Source of the DNA: Octopus bimaculoides
Lineage: Eukaryota
Assembly (NCBI RefSeq): GCF_001194135.2
Contig: NC_068992.1
Coordinates: 51,830,734-51,886,160, forward strand
DNA length: 55,427 nt
Reading direction: 5' to 3'
The position numbers and the translations under genes are program-made. A model generated the notes under the pieces. It had not been told where the DNA came from, did no database searches, and saw nothing but the letters and a program-made list of their open reading frames with translations. This document shows positions 12,011 to 25,191 of the stretch, piece by piece (positions within the stretch are counted from its first letter, which is position 1; the number at the start of each line of letters is the position of its first letter).

Positions 12011-12476
12011 TTATTGGAAATGTGCCTATGGTTGCGATTGATAATTTTTTTTTACTGAGAGCAAAGGAAAATTTTTAGTGTCTTTTGGGCAACTAACTCA
12101 CCAAAATGGCTAATTATTTCTTCCTTGTTTCTTTTTGTAATATTTCTTGAGAATTCAACATTGTGATTGTTGTCGTAAGGTTTCATTCTATCGCATGCAA
12201 TGTCCTTCCGTTCTGCTCAATAGAACTCTTTAAACCATTTTGATATCTACCCTACCCAAATCTGCTCCTTATTCTATACTACAAAGGTTCTGTTTTAAAG
12301 TGATTTCAGTTGTAATCCACTGACTACGGTACGTCCACATTTAGAGTTTGCATCACCTGTCTGGAACCCCTATCTTGCTCAGCATATCAGTCTCCTGGAA
12401 ACCATTCCGAAATGTGTTGGTAGATACCTACCATCAGGTGTCTACCATACTACAAACGTCTTGTTTACCTGTTGTC

Positions 12477-12540
<64 letters not shown>

Positions 12541-12542
<2 letters not shown>

Positions 12543-13345
12543 CGGGCTTCTTTCAGTTTCCATCTACTAAATCCACTCACAAGGCTTTAGTCGGCCTGAA
12601 GCTATAGTAGAAAACACTTGCCAAAGATGTCACACAGTTGGACTGAATCCGGAACTATGTGGTTGGTAAGCAATAACCGCTATTAATGAAAAACAAAAGT
12701 TCAAAAATTCATTAAATCTACAATAAGCAAGGTCTCTGTTACTTCTTTATAGTATCATAGACAGGAGCTGGCTTAAGATTTTGGAAAATTAATACTGCTT
12801 TTCACAAATGATGTAAATTGAATCGGGCAAGTTTGGGATAAATTTCAACACATTTAAAACCATAAAAGAATTTTCAATTTTTCTACTGCTTTAATGTGTT
12901 TTGATCCATTTGAAATTTCTTGCAGTGTTATCGAGTAATTTGGAATGATTTCAAGTAGAGTAATTAGCAAATCTGTAGCATTTAAGAGCATTTTCAGTGC
13001 TTCTTGATACTTTAATACTTTCAAATTGATTTTATACTTTATATGGCTTAAATAAACACTTTTTATTACAGAGAGACCAGCTCCTGTCTATGATACTATG
13101 AAGAAGTAACAGAGACCTTGCCTATTGTACATTTAATGAATTTTTGAAGTTTTTGTTTTCATTAGTAACAGTTATATAAGTATAGAAGTGACAGTGTAGT
13201 AAGTAGCTTGCTTACAAACCACATGGTTCTGGATTCAGTCCAACTGCATGGCATCTTGGGCAAGTGTCTTTTACTATAACCTCAGGCCAACCAAAGCCTT
13301 GTGAGTGGATTTAGTAGATGGAAACTGAAAGAAGCCCGTCGTATA
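12541..13345. repeat. Inverted duplication, arms about 12541-12771 and 13077-13345, each with a family A head plus about 95 bp of unique flank
   Basis: 12674-12771 (TAACCGCTATTAATGAAAAAC...ATAGACAGGAGCTG) is the reverse complement of 13077-13173. The SINE heads share private variants (GGATTCAGTCCAACTG, TTAGTAGATGG). Confidence 0.88.
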
Positions 13346-14257
13346 TATATGTATGTATGTATGTATATATATATATGCATACAAACATCTGTGTGTACAT
13401 GTGTGTATGTTTACATGTGTAGGTATACATGTACATGTGTTGAGTGCTTCTTCTCTTGAAACTATGCTGGTTGTAAAGTCACCTTCATACAATCTGCATT
13501 ATTCTCTAAAACTCTTCTATATAATTCTGGCCATCCATTGTGCTAGTCATTGAAGAACAAGCAAAAACATTTAACTTACTTAGAACAAGGTGAGCGCTGG
13601 CAACAGGAAAGGGAGCCAGCCATAAAAACCTACCACAACAAATCTTGTGTGACCTATGTATTCATGCAAATGTGACATTAAGATGATGGAGATGCTATTG
13701 AGATGTATTCAATATTATCAGGTGTGATGCTTGTTCCCTTGTTTAATTGGTATGGATATAAAGAAGAAGTACATCAAGTCAATAAGATTTACTTTAATGT
13801 GTAAAATAGCACACATAACATCTAACACTTGTACTCATCTCAGAAATAAGTTAGAACTGCATGAAATCGGTTCTAGATTCTTTGCATTATTGTCACAGTT
13901 TGAATGGAAAGATACTTTACAACTGCAGGTTATTTTAACAATGTGATATAATAATAGTAGATATTCAAATATTGTCCAAGATATTGAAAATCATAATTTT
14001 AAAGATTCAATATCAAAATACAGAAGTATTCATGGCTGCAGAGGTTGTTAGCTTAAGGAGTCACTCATCCATTGCTTCTACTAAACACTGAGCTATTCTA
14101 CTGCGGGCTACAGTGTATGGACACAGAAGTTTTGTGAGCTCACACGATCTAGCGTTAGAATATAATATAGCAATATAGAATATTCCATACTTCACAAACA
14201 ATACTACATCCTACAATTATCTTGCTATTGTTAAAACTCTCTCATGAGACAGATGAT

Positions 14258-14616
14258 ACAGGTTGTATGCTTCCCAACCACATGGTTCCAAGTTCAGTCC
14301 CGCTGTGTGGCATCTTGGTCAAGTGTTTTCTATGATAGCCTTGGGTCAATCAAAACTTTGCGACTGGATTTGGTTGATGGAAACTGAAAGAAGCTTGTCT
14401 TACATTTTTTTTTCTTTTATTTGTTTCAGTCATTTGACTGTGGCCATGCTGGAGTACTGCCTTTAGTCGAGCAAATCATCCCCAGAACTTATTCTTTGTA
14501 AGCCTAGTACTTATTCTATCGGTCTCTCTTGTCGAACCGCTAAGTGATGGGGATATAAACACACCAGCATCAGTTGTCAAGCAATGAGGGGGGGGGACAA
14601 ACACANNNNNNNNNNN

Positions 14617-14657
<41 letters not shown>

Positions 14658-15020
14658 TATACATATAGATATATACAACAGGCTTCTATCAGTTTCCGTC
14701 TACCAAATCCACTCACAAGGCTTTGGTCAGCCCGAGGCTATAGTAGAAGACACTTGCCCAAGGTACTACACAGTAGGTCTGAACCCAGAACCATGTGGTT
14801 GGTAAGCAAGCTACTTACCACACAGCCACTCCTGCACCTATATATATATTTATGTGCATGTGTGTCTTTCTGTCTGTGTTTGTCCCCCACTAATGCTTGA
14901 CAACCGATGTCGGTGTATTTGTATCCCCTGTAACCTAGAGGTTTGGCAAAAGAGATCAACAGAATAAGTACTAAGCTTAGAAAATAAGTTCTGGGTTTGA
15001 GTAATTCAACTAAAAATGTC
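14258..15020 (+). mobile_element. Family A SINE (+) with a full-length family A copy (-, about 14405-14840) nested in its hinge
   Basis: Order is head(+) 14258-14400, tail-hinge-head(-) 14405-14840, hinge remainder and tail(+) 14850-15020. Confidence 0.82.
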
Positions 15021-15856
15021 ACAATCTAATGTCAGAAAGAGATAAAAGATAATGGTTAATATGTATTATAACATATACTTACAGTAGGACTCACAAATTG
15101 GGAGTAAACAGAAGAGAGTGTGTGTGTGGTGACCCTAGGTGGATAATAAATGGTAAGAGGAGGGGATGGAAGAGTATGGCAGAGACTAGGGTAGAGGATA
15201 AGGATAAGTGCTAGAAGGTGATGCTGGTAACGATTCCGCTCAAATGGTGCTATTTACGGGCCACTAGAACAGAAGCCAGACAGCTGCTCTGGCAATGAAC
15301 ACACTTGGACATATATAGAAAAAATTAAAAGAAGCAGTTTCAGTTTGATTAATGTAGTTTCGCCAAACTAGAATGGAGATTGAGAAGCGTTTACACATTT
15401 ACTAATAAACTAGTATATCAGTAAACAGAAAAGTAATCCGGTAATTATAATTTATTATGCCCCCACAAATGCTATTGCATATATTAATGGTGTAGTTTTA
15501 TGTCCCACTTGACAGTGTGATATTGAAATATGTGATAAAGTAATGTGATCATTAAATAAAAGCTCGAATTAAGATAAACAAGTCATTGAAAGTTGTGTAT
15601 TTATGAGGAAACTAATGATATATTTATTATAGTTTCCGATTACAGCATTGACAGTTCGGCTTAAATACCCAGAGCGATTATTTTGGTATTTGATACTCTT
15701 ATAATGTTATGAAATAAATTTAAAGCATCAAATAATTGTGTTCGAATTTTAATTACTTACATTATTAAGTTAATTAACAACCTAATCCCTTGTCATTTTG
15801 TATTGTATGTAATATGATATTCAAAGCAGCTTTGTTATTGCCTGTCAAAATTAAAA

Positions 15857-16386
15857 TAGTATCTCAAAACAATTGTATTTACATGTATATAATGTTAAGA
15901 AATTAATAGAAAAAACACTAGGGTTACAATTAGTGGGGGATTAGCATCATATACAAGTAAAAAAAACAAAAAAAAACATAGGAGGATAACATGTGCTAGC
16001 AATTTGTAAGTACAAAAAGTAGATGTCACATTATATTTGAGATTACCCTGTGCTCCAGTAAATTCAATGGTTATTATATACTAGCTGACCACGTTCCATC
16101 AATAATGACGGCTAATTGTAGTATCTCAAAACAATTGTATTTACATGTATATAATATTAAGAAATTAATAGAAAAAACACTAGGGTTACAATTAGTGGGG
16201 GATTAGCATCATATACAAGTAAAAAAAACAAAAAAAAACATAGGAGGATAACATGTGCTAGCAATTTGTAAGTACAAAAAGTAGATGTCACATTATATTT
16301 GAGATTACCCTGTGCTCCAGTAAATACAATGGTTATTATATACTAGCTGACCACGTTCCATCAATAATGACGGCTAATTGTAGTAT
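15857..16386 (+). repeat. Direct tandem duplication, 2 x 262 bp
   Basis: TAGTATCTCAAAAC starts at 15857 and 16119, and TAGTAT recurs at 16381. I saw only two differences (AATGTT/AATATT and AAATTC/AAATAC). Confidence 0.95.
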
Positions 16387-16618
16387 TTTATATATAAATA
16401 ATGTACAAAATAAGGTACATAATACTCACAGATACAAACATTCACATACTTCCTTTGTGCACACACATACACACACACACACACATGTATACTCGCACAG
16501 AGATGAAACACTGATTTTTTTTTCACTTCTTCCTTCCTTATTCCTCTATCACCCTTCCTTTCTCTCATTGCTACTACTTTCTCTCAGTCAGGGCTATTAC
16601 TCTCACTACTTCTCCTTC

Positions 16619-16883
16619 GTGGAGGCGCGTGGATTAGTGGTTAGGGTGTCAGCATCATGATTGTAAGATTGTGGTTTCGATTCCTGGACCGGGCGTCGCA
16701 TTGTGTTCTTGAGCAAATTGCTTTATTTCACATTGCTCCAGTCCACTCAGCTGGCAAAAATGAGTAACGCTGCAATGGACTGGCATTCCATCCAGCTAGG
16801 GAGCACATCTGCCACTGAAACCGGGAAACTGGGTCCATGAGCCTGGCTAGGCTTTAAAAGGGCACATTTATTTTTTTTTATTT
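16619..16883 (+). mobile_element. Family C tRNA-derived SINE, full length with 12-bp TSD
   Basis: A-box-like TGGATTAGTGG, B-box-like GGTTTCGATTCC and a T-rich tail. TSD TACTTCTCCTTC at 16607-16618 and 16884-16895. Confidence 0.9.
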
Positions 16884-16983
16884 TACTTCTCCTTCACTGA
16901 ATTACTATTTTCTCTCCTCCTCCACATCCAGTGTGATTCTACTCTTATTATTATTATATTAGGAGATACTATTCTGTAAGATG

Positions 16984-17850
16984 ACAAGCTGGCAGATAGC
17001 TTAGTGGCATTTCGTCCATCTTTACATTCAAAGTAAAAATTCTGCTAAGGTCTACTTTGCTTTTCATTCTTTTAGGGTCACTGAAATTATTACCAGTTTA
17101 GAACTGGGGTCGATGTCCTTTATTTACCACTTTCCCCAAAATTGATAGTCTTGTACCAAAATTTAAATTCTTTATTAATATTAATTTGGTATCAATTAAG
17201 TTTGGGTGATTGGAATCACATGTACTGATATTCTTGCCAATAATATCTATTAATATTAGCATGGTAGATTAAGGCAGGGAGCTGGTAAAATCATTATCAT
17301 GCTAGGTAAAATGCTTTGTAGCATTTCAATCATCTTTACATTCTGAGTTCAAATTCTGCCAGGGTCGACTTTACATTTCACCACTTCAGGATCTATAAAA
17401 TATGTACTAGTTGATCACTGGGATTGATGTAATCCACTTACACCCTTTCCTGAACTTGCTGGCCTTGTGCCATAATTTGAAACCAGTATTGGTGTGGCAG
17501 ACCAAGGTGGAGAGCTGGCAGAACTGTTAGAATGCTTGGAGGTATTTCATCCATCTTCATGTTCTGAGTTCAAATTCTACCAACGTCAACTTCACCTTTC
17601 ATCCTTTAGGGGATGATAAAATACATACAGGTCATGTACTGGGAGTCGATGGAATTGACTTGCCACTACCATGAAATTACTGGCCTTGTGCCAAAATTTG
17701 AAATAGATGTCAGAGTGGCAGATTGGTGGAATTGTTAGGGTGTTGGTCAAGATACCATGTTGTGTCCATTTACATTTTGAGTTCAAATCCTGCTGAGGGT
17801 AATGTTACTTTTCCTCCTTTCTGGCTTTATAAAAGAAAGCACTACTCAAT
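16984..17850 (+). mobile_element. Cluster of four same-strand family B SINE units
   Basis: Repeated GCTGGCAGA...TTCTGAGTTCAAAT...CTTTCATCC...GGCCTTGTGCCA blocks at about 16984, 17270, 17505 and 17715. Confidence 0.8.
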
Positions 17851-18194
17851 TTGATTGACTATACTCTGCCTTGTATCTATGTTTGAAGTCAATAGTATCT
17901 ACTAATTCCCTTTGGACTTCACAGAACAAAAGAAAACATTTCTTTTTTTTTCTTTCTTAATATGAAATAATCTAAGAAGCGTCAACTACCTTAACAAACC
18001 AATTTATTTTTGTATGAATCAAAACAATCTAAACTGACATTTCCTGGGTGGAAAATAATTTATATCAGACATTTACATGAAAATACATCAGTTAAGGTTT
18101 ATATGAGGTATATTTGTGCTAAAAGATTTTTGATGTGAAATTGTGTGTGAAATTGTTATATTTTTGTTAAGTCATTCTGATAAATAAACATGGT

Positions 18195-18310
18195 GCCACG
18201 AAAAAGCACCCAACACACACTGTAAAAAAATGGTTGGTGTTAGGAAGGGCATCTAGCTGTAGAAACTATGCCAAATCAGACAGGAGTCTGGTGCAGCTTC
18301 CCAGGGAGGT
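18195..18310 (+). mobile_element. Family E SINE fragment
   Basis: AAAAAGCACCC...GGTTGGTGTTAGGAAGGGCATCTAGCTGTAGAAAC. Confidence 0.78.
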
Positions 18311-18481
18311 GCCAGTCAATTAGATCGACCCCAGTATGCAACTGGTATTTAATTTATCAGCTCTGAGAGGATGAAAGGCAAAGTTGACCTTGGCGGAACT
18401 TGGACTCAGAGCACGAAGACAGATGAAATACCACTAAGCATTTCAGCCGGTGTGCTAACATTTCTCCCAGCTCACCACCTT
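18311..18481 (-). mobile_element. Family B SINE abutting the E fragment
   Basis: GCCAGTCAATTAGATCGACCCCAGTATGCAACTGG...GGATGAAAGGCAAAGTTGACCTTGGCGG. Confidence 0.8.
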
Positions 18482-18982
18482 GTATGCATTACATATCACT
18501 CTCATAATGAATAACAATATGATACTGGTAGATATTTATAGAGGTAGAAGTAGACAATGCAGCAACTTATTATTCTTTTTTACTGGTTTCACATTTAGGG
18601 TTGTGGCCATACTGGGGCACTGCCATCAATAATAGAAGACAAAAAATCAACCCAGGTAGAATCCAAATACAGAACATTAAAAGGACCAACCAAATAACAC
18701 AAGGCATTTTGCCCTATATTCTACCAATTCTGACATCCATCATTCACAAATACAATAAAATCTGATTTTTAGATTTTTAATATTAAAATAAAATGATATT
18801 TTAATATTTGTCTTACTACTTGCAAATTTTTTTCTTATTTAAAGAGAAAATGTTGTTAAACTATTATTGATTTTTTTTTTCAGGGAGAGAAATAAATTAG
18901 ATAATTATTTTACCAGTTATATAAATTGTGTATGCAAATATTGAAACCTTTATAAATAAACATATTACATTTTACAAAACAT

Positions 18983-19048
<66 letters not shown>

Positions 19049-20080
19049 CTTAATATCAAATCACATATTTACTTTATAGATATTTTATGTAAGTTTGTAA
19101 ATTATAGCTGCTAACAAGCTGCCAGACAGAATAAAGTTATATAAAGAATCTGTTAGAGCAACAGATTTGCAGTAAATATGCTACTAACAATCAATTTGTC
19201 CATTTAATATTTTGGAATCAATAAAACAAGAACCAAAATCATAGTGTAAAAAAGATTGGCCCAGAAACTAAAAATCCAGTTTAAAAGTTGTGATATTAAA
19301 CACAAACACACACACACACACAAACACACAACATACACATGTCTTACTTTGACTTATATAACTAGTAAGGATTAAAGATGAATTATGACACTAAACTACC
19401 TTTGTATCATCATAAAACACTTGTGTAGGGTTATACTATTGAAAATTTTATTGAAAACAATAAAGATACTTGGTTATAAGAAATAAAGGTAGAAAGCTAT
19501 CACTGCTTAGAACATGACAATATGAAGAGCAAAGAAGACTACTAAAATACAAGAATAAAGAGTGGTACAAATATGTTTATAGAAGCTTCTGTTTGATAAA
19601 TGACACAAGTTAAATTGAGAATCTCTCAGCTCTATACAGTTTAAAATTCTTCAAAGGCAGCTGCCAGTGTATGTGGCTTCTCAGATGTTATAAGGTGATT
19701 AAAATCGATGTTAGTCTAGTTTTCTTGGATAGTCTAGCCTATTATAATGATGTCATAGAAGAATTGATAGGAAGAACATTTTACCAAAATTGTTTACTGA
19801 GACAAGTATCGTTATAAGCAATATACAGTTATTGATATGTGATTTCACTTGAAAGAGCATTTTTGCAAGCTAAATCCTTATTATAATGGCGTTTGTGAAT
19901 GTGTGTGTGTGTGTNNNNNNNNNNNNNNNNNNNNNNNNNNNNNNNNNNNNNNNNNNNNNNNNNNNNNNNNNNNNNNNNNNNNNNNNNNNNNNNNNNNNNN
20001 NNNNNNNNNNNNNNNNNNNNNNNNNNNNNNNNNNNNNNNNNNNNNNNNNNNNNNNNNNNNNNNNNNNNNNNNNNNNNNNN

Positions 20081-20440
20081 GGGAGGGGAGAGAGGGGAGA
20101 GAGTGAGGGAGTGCTGTGGAGAGGCACAGAGGGGAGGAAGAGAGAGAGAGGAGCAGGAAAGACATAGGGGAGTGAGAGAGGGCATAAATGGGAGGTAGAA
20201 GGAGGAGAAGTGGAAGAAGAAGGTAGAAAGAGAAAGGGAGAAAGAGAAGGGAGACAGAGAAGGGAGAGAGAGGAGAAGGTGAGAGGGGAGTGATATAGAG
20301 AAAGGGAAAGAGAGAGGGGAAGGAGAGCAAGGGAAGGGAGAGTGGAAGGGGGAGAGAAATGGGAAGGATAAAGTGAGAGTGAGAGAGTGAGGGCAGACAA
20401 AAATGGATAAACAGAGGGAGAGAGAAAGAGAAGAAGAAAG
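20081..20440 (+). repeat. Polypurine (GA/GGA-rich) low-complexity tract next to a gap
   Basis: Direct reading. Confidence 0.9.
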
Positions 20441-20992
20441 AAGGGATTTTCTATGGTTGAGTAGATTATGAGATAATCTACATGCTCTCTCTCTCTCAAG
20501 ATTTTATTTAATTTTTCACAAGCCCAATATTCTAAATTCCCTTTTGCATAAATTATTCAGAGATTGACAATTATAGCAGGTGATGGATCATCTACTAATG
20601 GGAACCTAATCTATTAGATTTTCAAATATATTACATGATTTTCAATATTGCAGCAAACTAGAACCATTTGATTTTGGTAATTAACACTGTCATTTAACAC
20701 CCTGCTGATTATCAAACCACGTGTCTTTATTTAATGGTTACAACGTTCTTATAATATACTGTATATATGCTACATGCTCACAGAATGTAAGAAATAGTTA
20801 TATTCCTTTATTGCATGTGGCTTGTATTCTCACAAGAAAGAATTCATATACTTTGATCCTGTGTTGTATGATATAGAAACTCAATCAATATATGAATTTA
20901 CTTGACATCCTTTAAGCTAAACTGATATAACAATAATGAACAGAGTTGATAGTATTGAATTCAACTGTGGTAAATGACAGCATCTTATATAT

Positions 20993-21617
20993 TGGTTTCA
21001 AATTTTGGTACAAGGCCAGCATCGACTCCAGGACTGAGCTAGAACTTATTTTATTAATCCCAAAAGGATGAGAGGCAAAAGCAACTCCTGCATAATTTGA
21101 ACTCAGACCTTGGAAATGGACAAAATGTTGTTAAGCACTTTGCCCATCATGCTAATAATTTTGTCTGTTTGCTGTCTTTGTCAAGTGTCTAATACTGATT
21201 TCAAATTTTAGCAAAAGGCCAGCAATTTCATGGGAGTGGTGTGTGTTGATTACAATGACCCTAGGACTCAACTGGTACTTATTTTATTGACCTCCTCCCC
21301 CCCCAAAAAAAAGGTGAAATATAAAGTCGACCTCAGATGAATTTGAACTCAGAATGTACAGACTGCCAGAATGTCACTAAGTGTTTTGCCCATTGTGCCA
21401 ATGATTCTTTTCTGCTCAAGGCACAAGGCCTGAAACTTGTGGGGAGGGGGGGCAGTCAATTAGATTGACTCCAGTTCGCAGCTGGTACTTAGCTTATCGA
21501 TGCCTGAAAGGATGAAAGGCAAAGTTAACCTCAGTGGAATTTGAACTCACAATGTAAAGACAAACAAAATACTACTAAACATTTCGCCTGGCTTGCTAAC
21601 GATTCTGCCAGCTCACT
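20993..21617 (-). mobile_element. Cluster of three same-strand family B SINE units
   Basis: TTTGAACTCA at about 21097, 21342 and 21540, each preceded by AAGG...GAAA...AAAGT motifs. Confidence 0.8.
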
Positions 21618-21813
21618 AAACAATATCTTGCATATTATTGTAAAAAATGCTTTGCTTTACAAAATAAACACATTCAAAAATGAATAAACACAAACATGTA
21701 TATACGTACACAAAAACAAATGTACATACATACACACATACACACACACACGCATGCAAAATGATTGCATATATGCACTTGTGAATATACAGGATTAATC
21801 AATATTGTTGTTG

Positions 21814-22155
21814 TTGGCACTCCGTCTCTTACGATGTCGAGGGCTCCAGTTGATCCAATCAACGGAACAGCCTGCTGGGGAAATTAACGTGTGAGTGGCT
21901 GAGCACTCCACAGACACATGTACCCTTAATGTAGTTCTCGGGGACGTTCAGCGTGGCACAGAGTGTGACAAGGCTAATCCTTTGAATTACAGGCACAACA
22001 GAAACAGGAAGTAAGAGTGAGAGAAAGTTGTGGTCGAAGAGTACAGCAGGGTTCGCTACCATCCCCTGCTGGAGCCTCGTGGAGCTTTAGGTATTTTCGC
22101 TCAATAAACACTCACAATGCCCTCTGCCCTAACCACTGGGCCATTGTGCTTCCAC
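21814..22155 (-). mobile_element. Family D tRNA-derived SINE, near full length, with an internal head deletion
   Basis: Head TGGCCCAGTGGTTAGGGC lacks the anticodon/B-box segment present at 40180-40295. (CAA)n tail. Probable TSD TAATCAATAT at 21796-21805 and 22159-22168. Confidence 0.85.
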
Positions 22156-22334
22156 TAATAATCAATATACACCAATATTTATTCTGCCAAGTGGTTATAA
22201 AGAGATTTTCTGTAAACAAATTTTCTCTCTTGTATTCATATTAATGAAATGCCTAATTCTAATTTAATTTAGTTTTTATAAATAAGTAAATCTATGTCCA
22301 TAAATACACATATGAAGAAATAGGTTTTGTTATC

Positions 22335-22480
22335 TAGTACTTGTTTCACTCATTAGATTGCGGCCATGCTAGGCGCTGACTTGCAGAATTTTTAATGAAA
22401 TGAATCAACCCCAGTATCTTTATTTTTAATGCCTGATATTTATTCTATCAGTATCTATTGCTGAATTGCTAAGTTATGGG
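22335..22480 (-). mobile_element. Family A SINE tail (degenerate)
   Basis: TTGTTTCA...TGCGGCCATGCT...AACCCCAGTA...GCTGAATTGCTAAGTTATGGGGA. Confidence 0.65.
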
Positions 22481-22489
22481 GATATTGGT

Positions 22490-22740
22490 AATGGTTATGG
22501 TGATAGTTGTTGCTGTTTTCGTTGTGATAATGGCAGCAATCTTAGTCGTCTCTGAGGTGATGGTGGTGAAAAATGAAGACGATGATGACGATGACGACAA
22601 CAACGATGACAATGATGATTATGATTACAAGGATGATAATGATGATAGTCGTAGTGAAGATGTTGGTGATGACAACAGTGGCATCGACGACGACAACGAC
22701 GACAATGACGATGATGACGACGATGATGATATGAACATCA
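22490..22740. repeat. Cryptic (GAT/GAC/GTT) trinucleotide array
   Basis: Direct reading; poly-Asp pseudo-ORF. Confidence 0.9.
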
Positions 22741-23589
22741 ATAGGCTTGCGAAGACAAAAAGAATATGCAATAACACAGAACAATATTACTTGCTTTACA
22801 GATTAGAACATGAACAGTGATAACACTTTAATCTAATTCCTCATGAAAATACGGTTAATTATTTTTCAACCATCTTCAATGAATCTCTCAAAAGAGCTCA
22901 ACAGCCATGAATATATATTAAACAGACGCTAACTATCTGCTGAAGTGAGAATATTAAATTGACAACAGGCTGACTTATTGAACACTTCATCTATTTCTAC
23001 ACATGTGTCTCCACTGGAATAATTATTTCCTAATGCACAGCTAATGTGGATATAGTATAAAGCATTAAAATATGATAAAGGCAGATATAATATATTTTGG
23101 GGCATTTGATTAGAGTCTTGACGTAGGCATGTAAAATTTCCGGATAATCGGATATTATGTTACAAAACCATATACACACACACACATACACACACACACA
23201 CACAGAGGCATACACAGGCACATGCACACGCACATATACACACACGTGCTCACACATAAATATTGCTCATCGCACAAATGTTCGTATACATTTTTATTTG
23301 CCCAGACAGAGCCATGCATTTACTTGTATCTGCTTGTGTATGTATGCATGTGTGCGTACGTGTGTGTATGTGTGTGTGTGTGCGTGCGTGTGTGCATGCG
23401 TGCGTATAAGCATCACTGTATATTTGTCTGTGTTTGTATTTTCATGTGTATATGTGTCTATATGTGTGTTTGTGCGATTATGTGTGTTCATATGTGCATT
23501 TATATGTCTGTATATATGTGTGGTTGTGTGTGTGTCTTTGTGTTTGATCTTAAACAACTTGACAACATGTGATGGTTTGTTTACATCTT

Positions 23590-23900
23590 GTAACTAAGCA
23601 ATTTGGCAGACGGAGAGCAAATGAATAAGTACCAGACTTCAAATAAACCAAAGTTCAACTAAATTCCTCAAGTCGATGCCCCAAGATATCCTCTGTTCAA
23701 TGACGGAGACAGATAATAGAATAATCTAGTAAGGAATACACACAACATGACCAAACAGTTAAGAAATCTGCTTTGCCATCAGCAGGTTTCAGGTTCAGTT
23801 CCATAGTTTGGCATCTTGAGCAAATGTCTTTTGCTACATATAGTCATGGGTAAAGCAGACTTGTGGGTGACATTGGTTTGATGGAAACTGTATGAAACCT
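23590..23900 (+). mobile_element. Degenerate family A tail (about 23590-23720) and separate head (about 23745-23900)
   Basis: AACTAAGCAATTTGGCAGAC...GAATAAGTACCAG, then GGTTCAGTTCC...GGCATCTTGAGCAAATGTCTT...GATGGAAACTG. Confidence 0.6.
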
Positions 23901-25004
23901 CTTGGATGTATTATACCTGGTTTTAAGAGGTCTAAATTTGTCACATACTGTGTTACACTAAGTCTGCTGGTAGATCGTATTCAGGTGCATGTATCTGTGG
24001 AATACACAACCACTTGCATTACAAGAGAAAACAGCATCGAACACACCTGTTGAGGAGGGCCAGGAGAAGTGTGTGAGTAAACATACACACACACAGAGAA
24101 AATCTGCCTTTTATAGTATAGATGCATACATATATGAATGCATACAAATATACATATATACATGCATACATACATGCATACGTACATACACACATACATA
24201 CACACACACATGCATATTTATGTACATATATGCATACATGCATCCATCTATCCACACATCCATGCATACATACATGAACATGCATATATATATATATATA
24301 AATACATACATGCAGACATACATACATACACACATACATACATATATACATACATACACCCATATATACATACAGACATACATACATACACATGCACCGA
24401 TATATACATAAGTACCCTGTTTTAAAGTAATGACAGGGTCAGAAATAACGGTAAGCAAGCTGCTTGCCGTCTAGCTTTCTATTCATTTATTCATTCATGG
24501 CTTCTTTTTTCCTGGAATTTGGAAATACAGTAATATATTTGATGCAGAATAACTTCGGAAATACAGTCAAGCACTTGTTGAAAGAATTAATTAAGAGTTG
24601 ATAAAATTACATTGTATTTTGTATTTTGTGGCAAAGAAAAATGTAAAAGAAAATAAGATTAATGAAAACCATTTGGGTATTAAAAGATAAATAAATTGAT
24701 TTGTACCAGCTTGTCTGGAAAAATAGCAAAAAAAACTTTACTACTTCACTAGACACATCTAGTTTTTGAAAAATATCTTTGAATTTTATGTAAAACATAT
24801 CCATATATTTTTTTTTAATTTACTTTTATTTTATTATTTTATTATTTTTTTTAAAACCAGAGTTAACACAAAAGCTACTTTACATAGCATAACATAGATG
24901 AATTAATTTCTGAGCACAAAAAAAAAAAAAAAATTAATAATAAAGAAATAAATAAACTAAAAAGATATTAGAGCTAAATCTGCTTTAAAGTTCTGATTTT
25001 AAAA

Positions 25005-25160
25005 TATCATTATCATCATCGTCATCGTCGTCATCATCATCTACGTCGTCATCATCATCGTTGTTGTCTCCATCATCATCATTATTACTGTTGTTGTTGT
25101 TATTGTTATCATTAGCTGTTGCTATTAGTGATATTATTAGTATTACTATTATTGTCGTTA

Positions 25161-25191
<31 letters not shown>

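Noticed and set aside
12060-12480. Possible transposase remnant (minus strand SKWFKEFY...)
   Set aside because: Only a vague resemblance to a mariner HTH region, with many stops and no TIR.
12674-13173. MITE with 95-bp TIRs
   Set aside because: The inverted similarity continues into the flanking SINE heads with shared private variants, and I found no TSD. It is treated as an inverted duplication instead.
23985-24072. Plus-strand segment ending at GTGAGT
   Set aside because: Poor acceptor, two frames open, and no recognisable protein.
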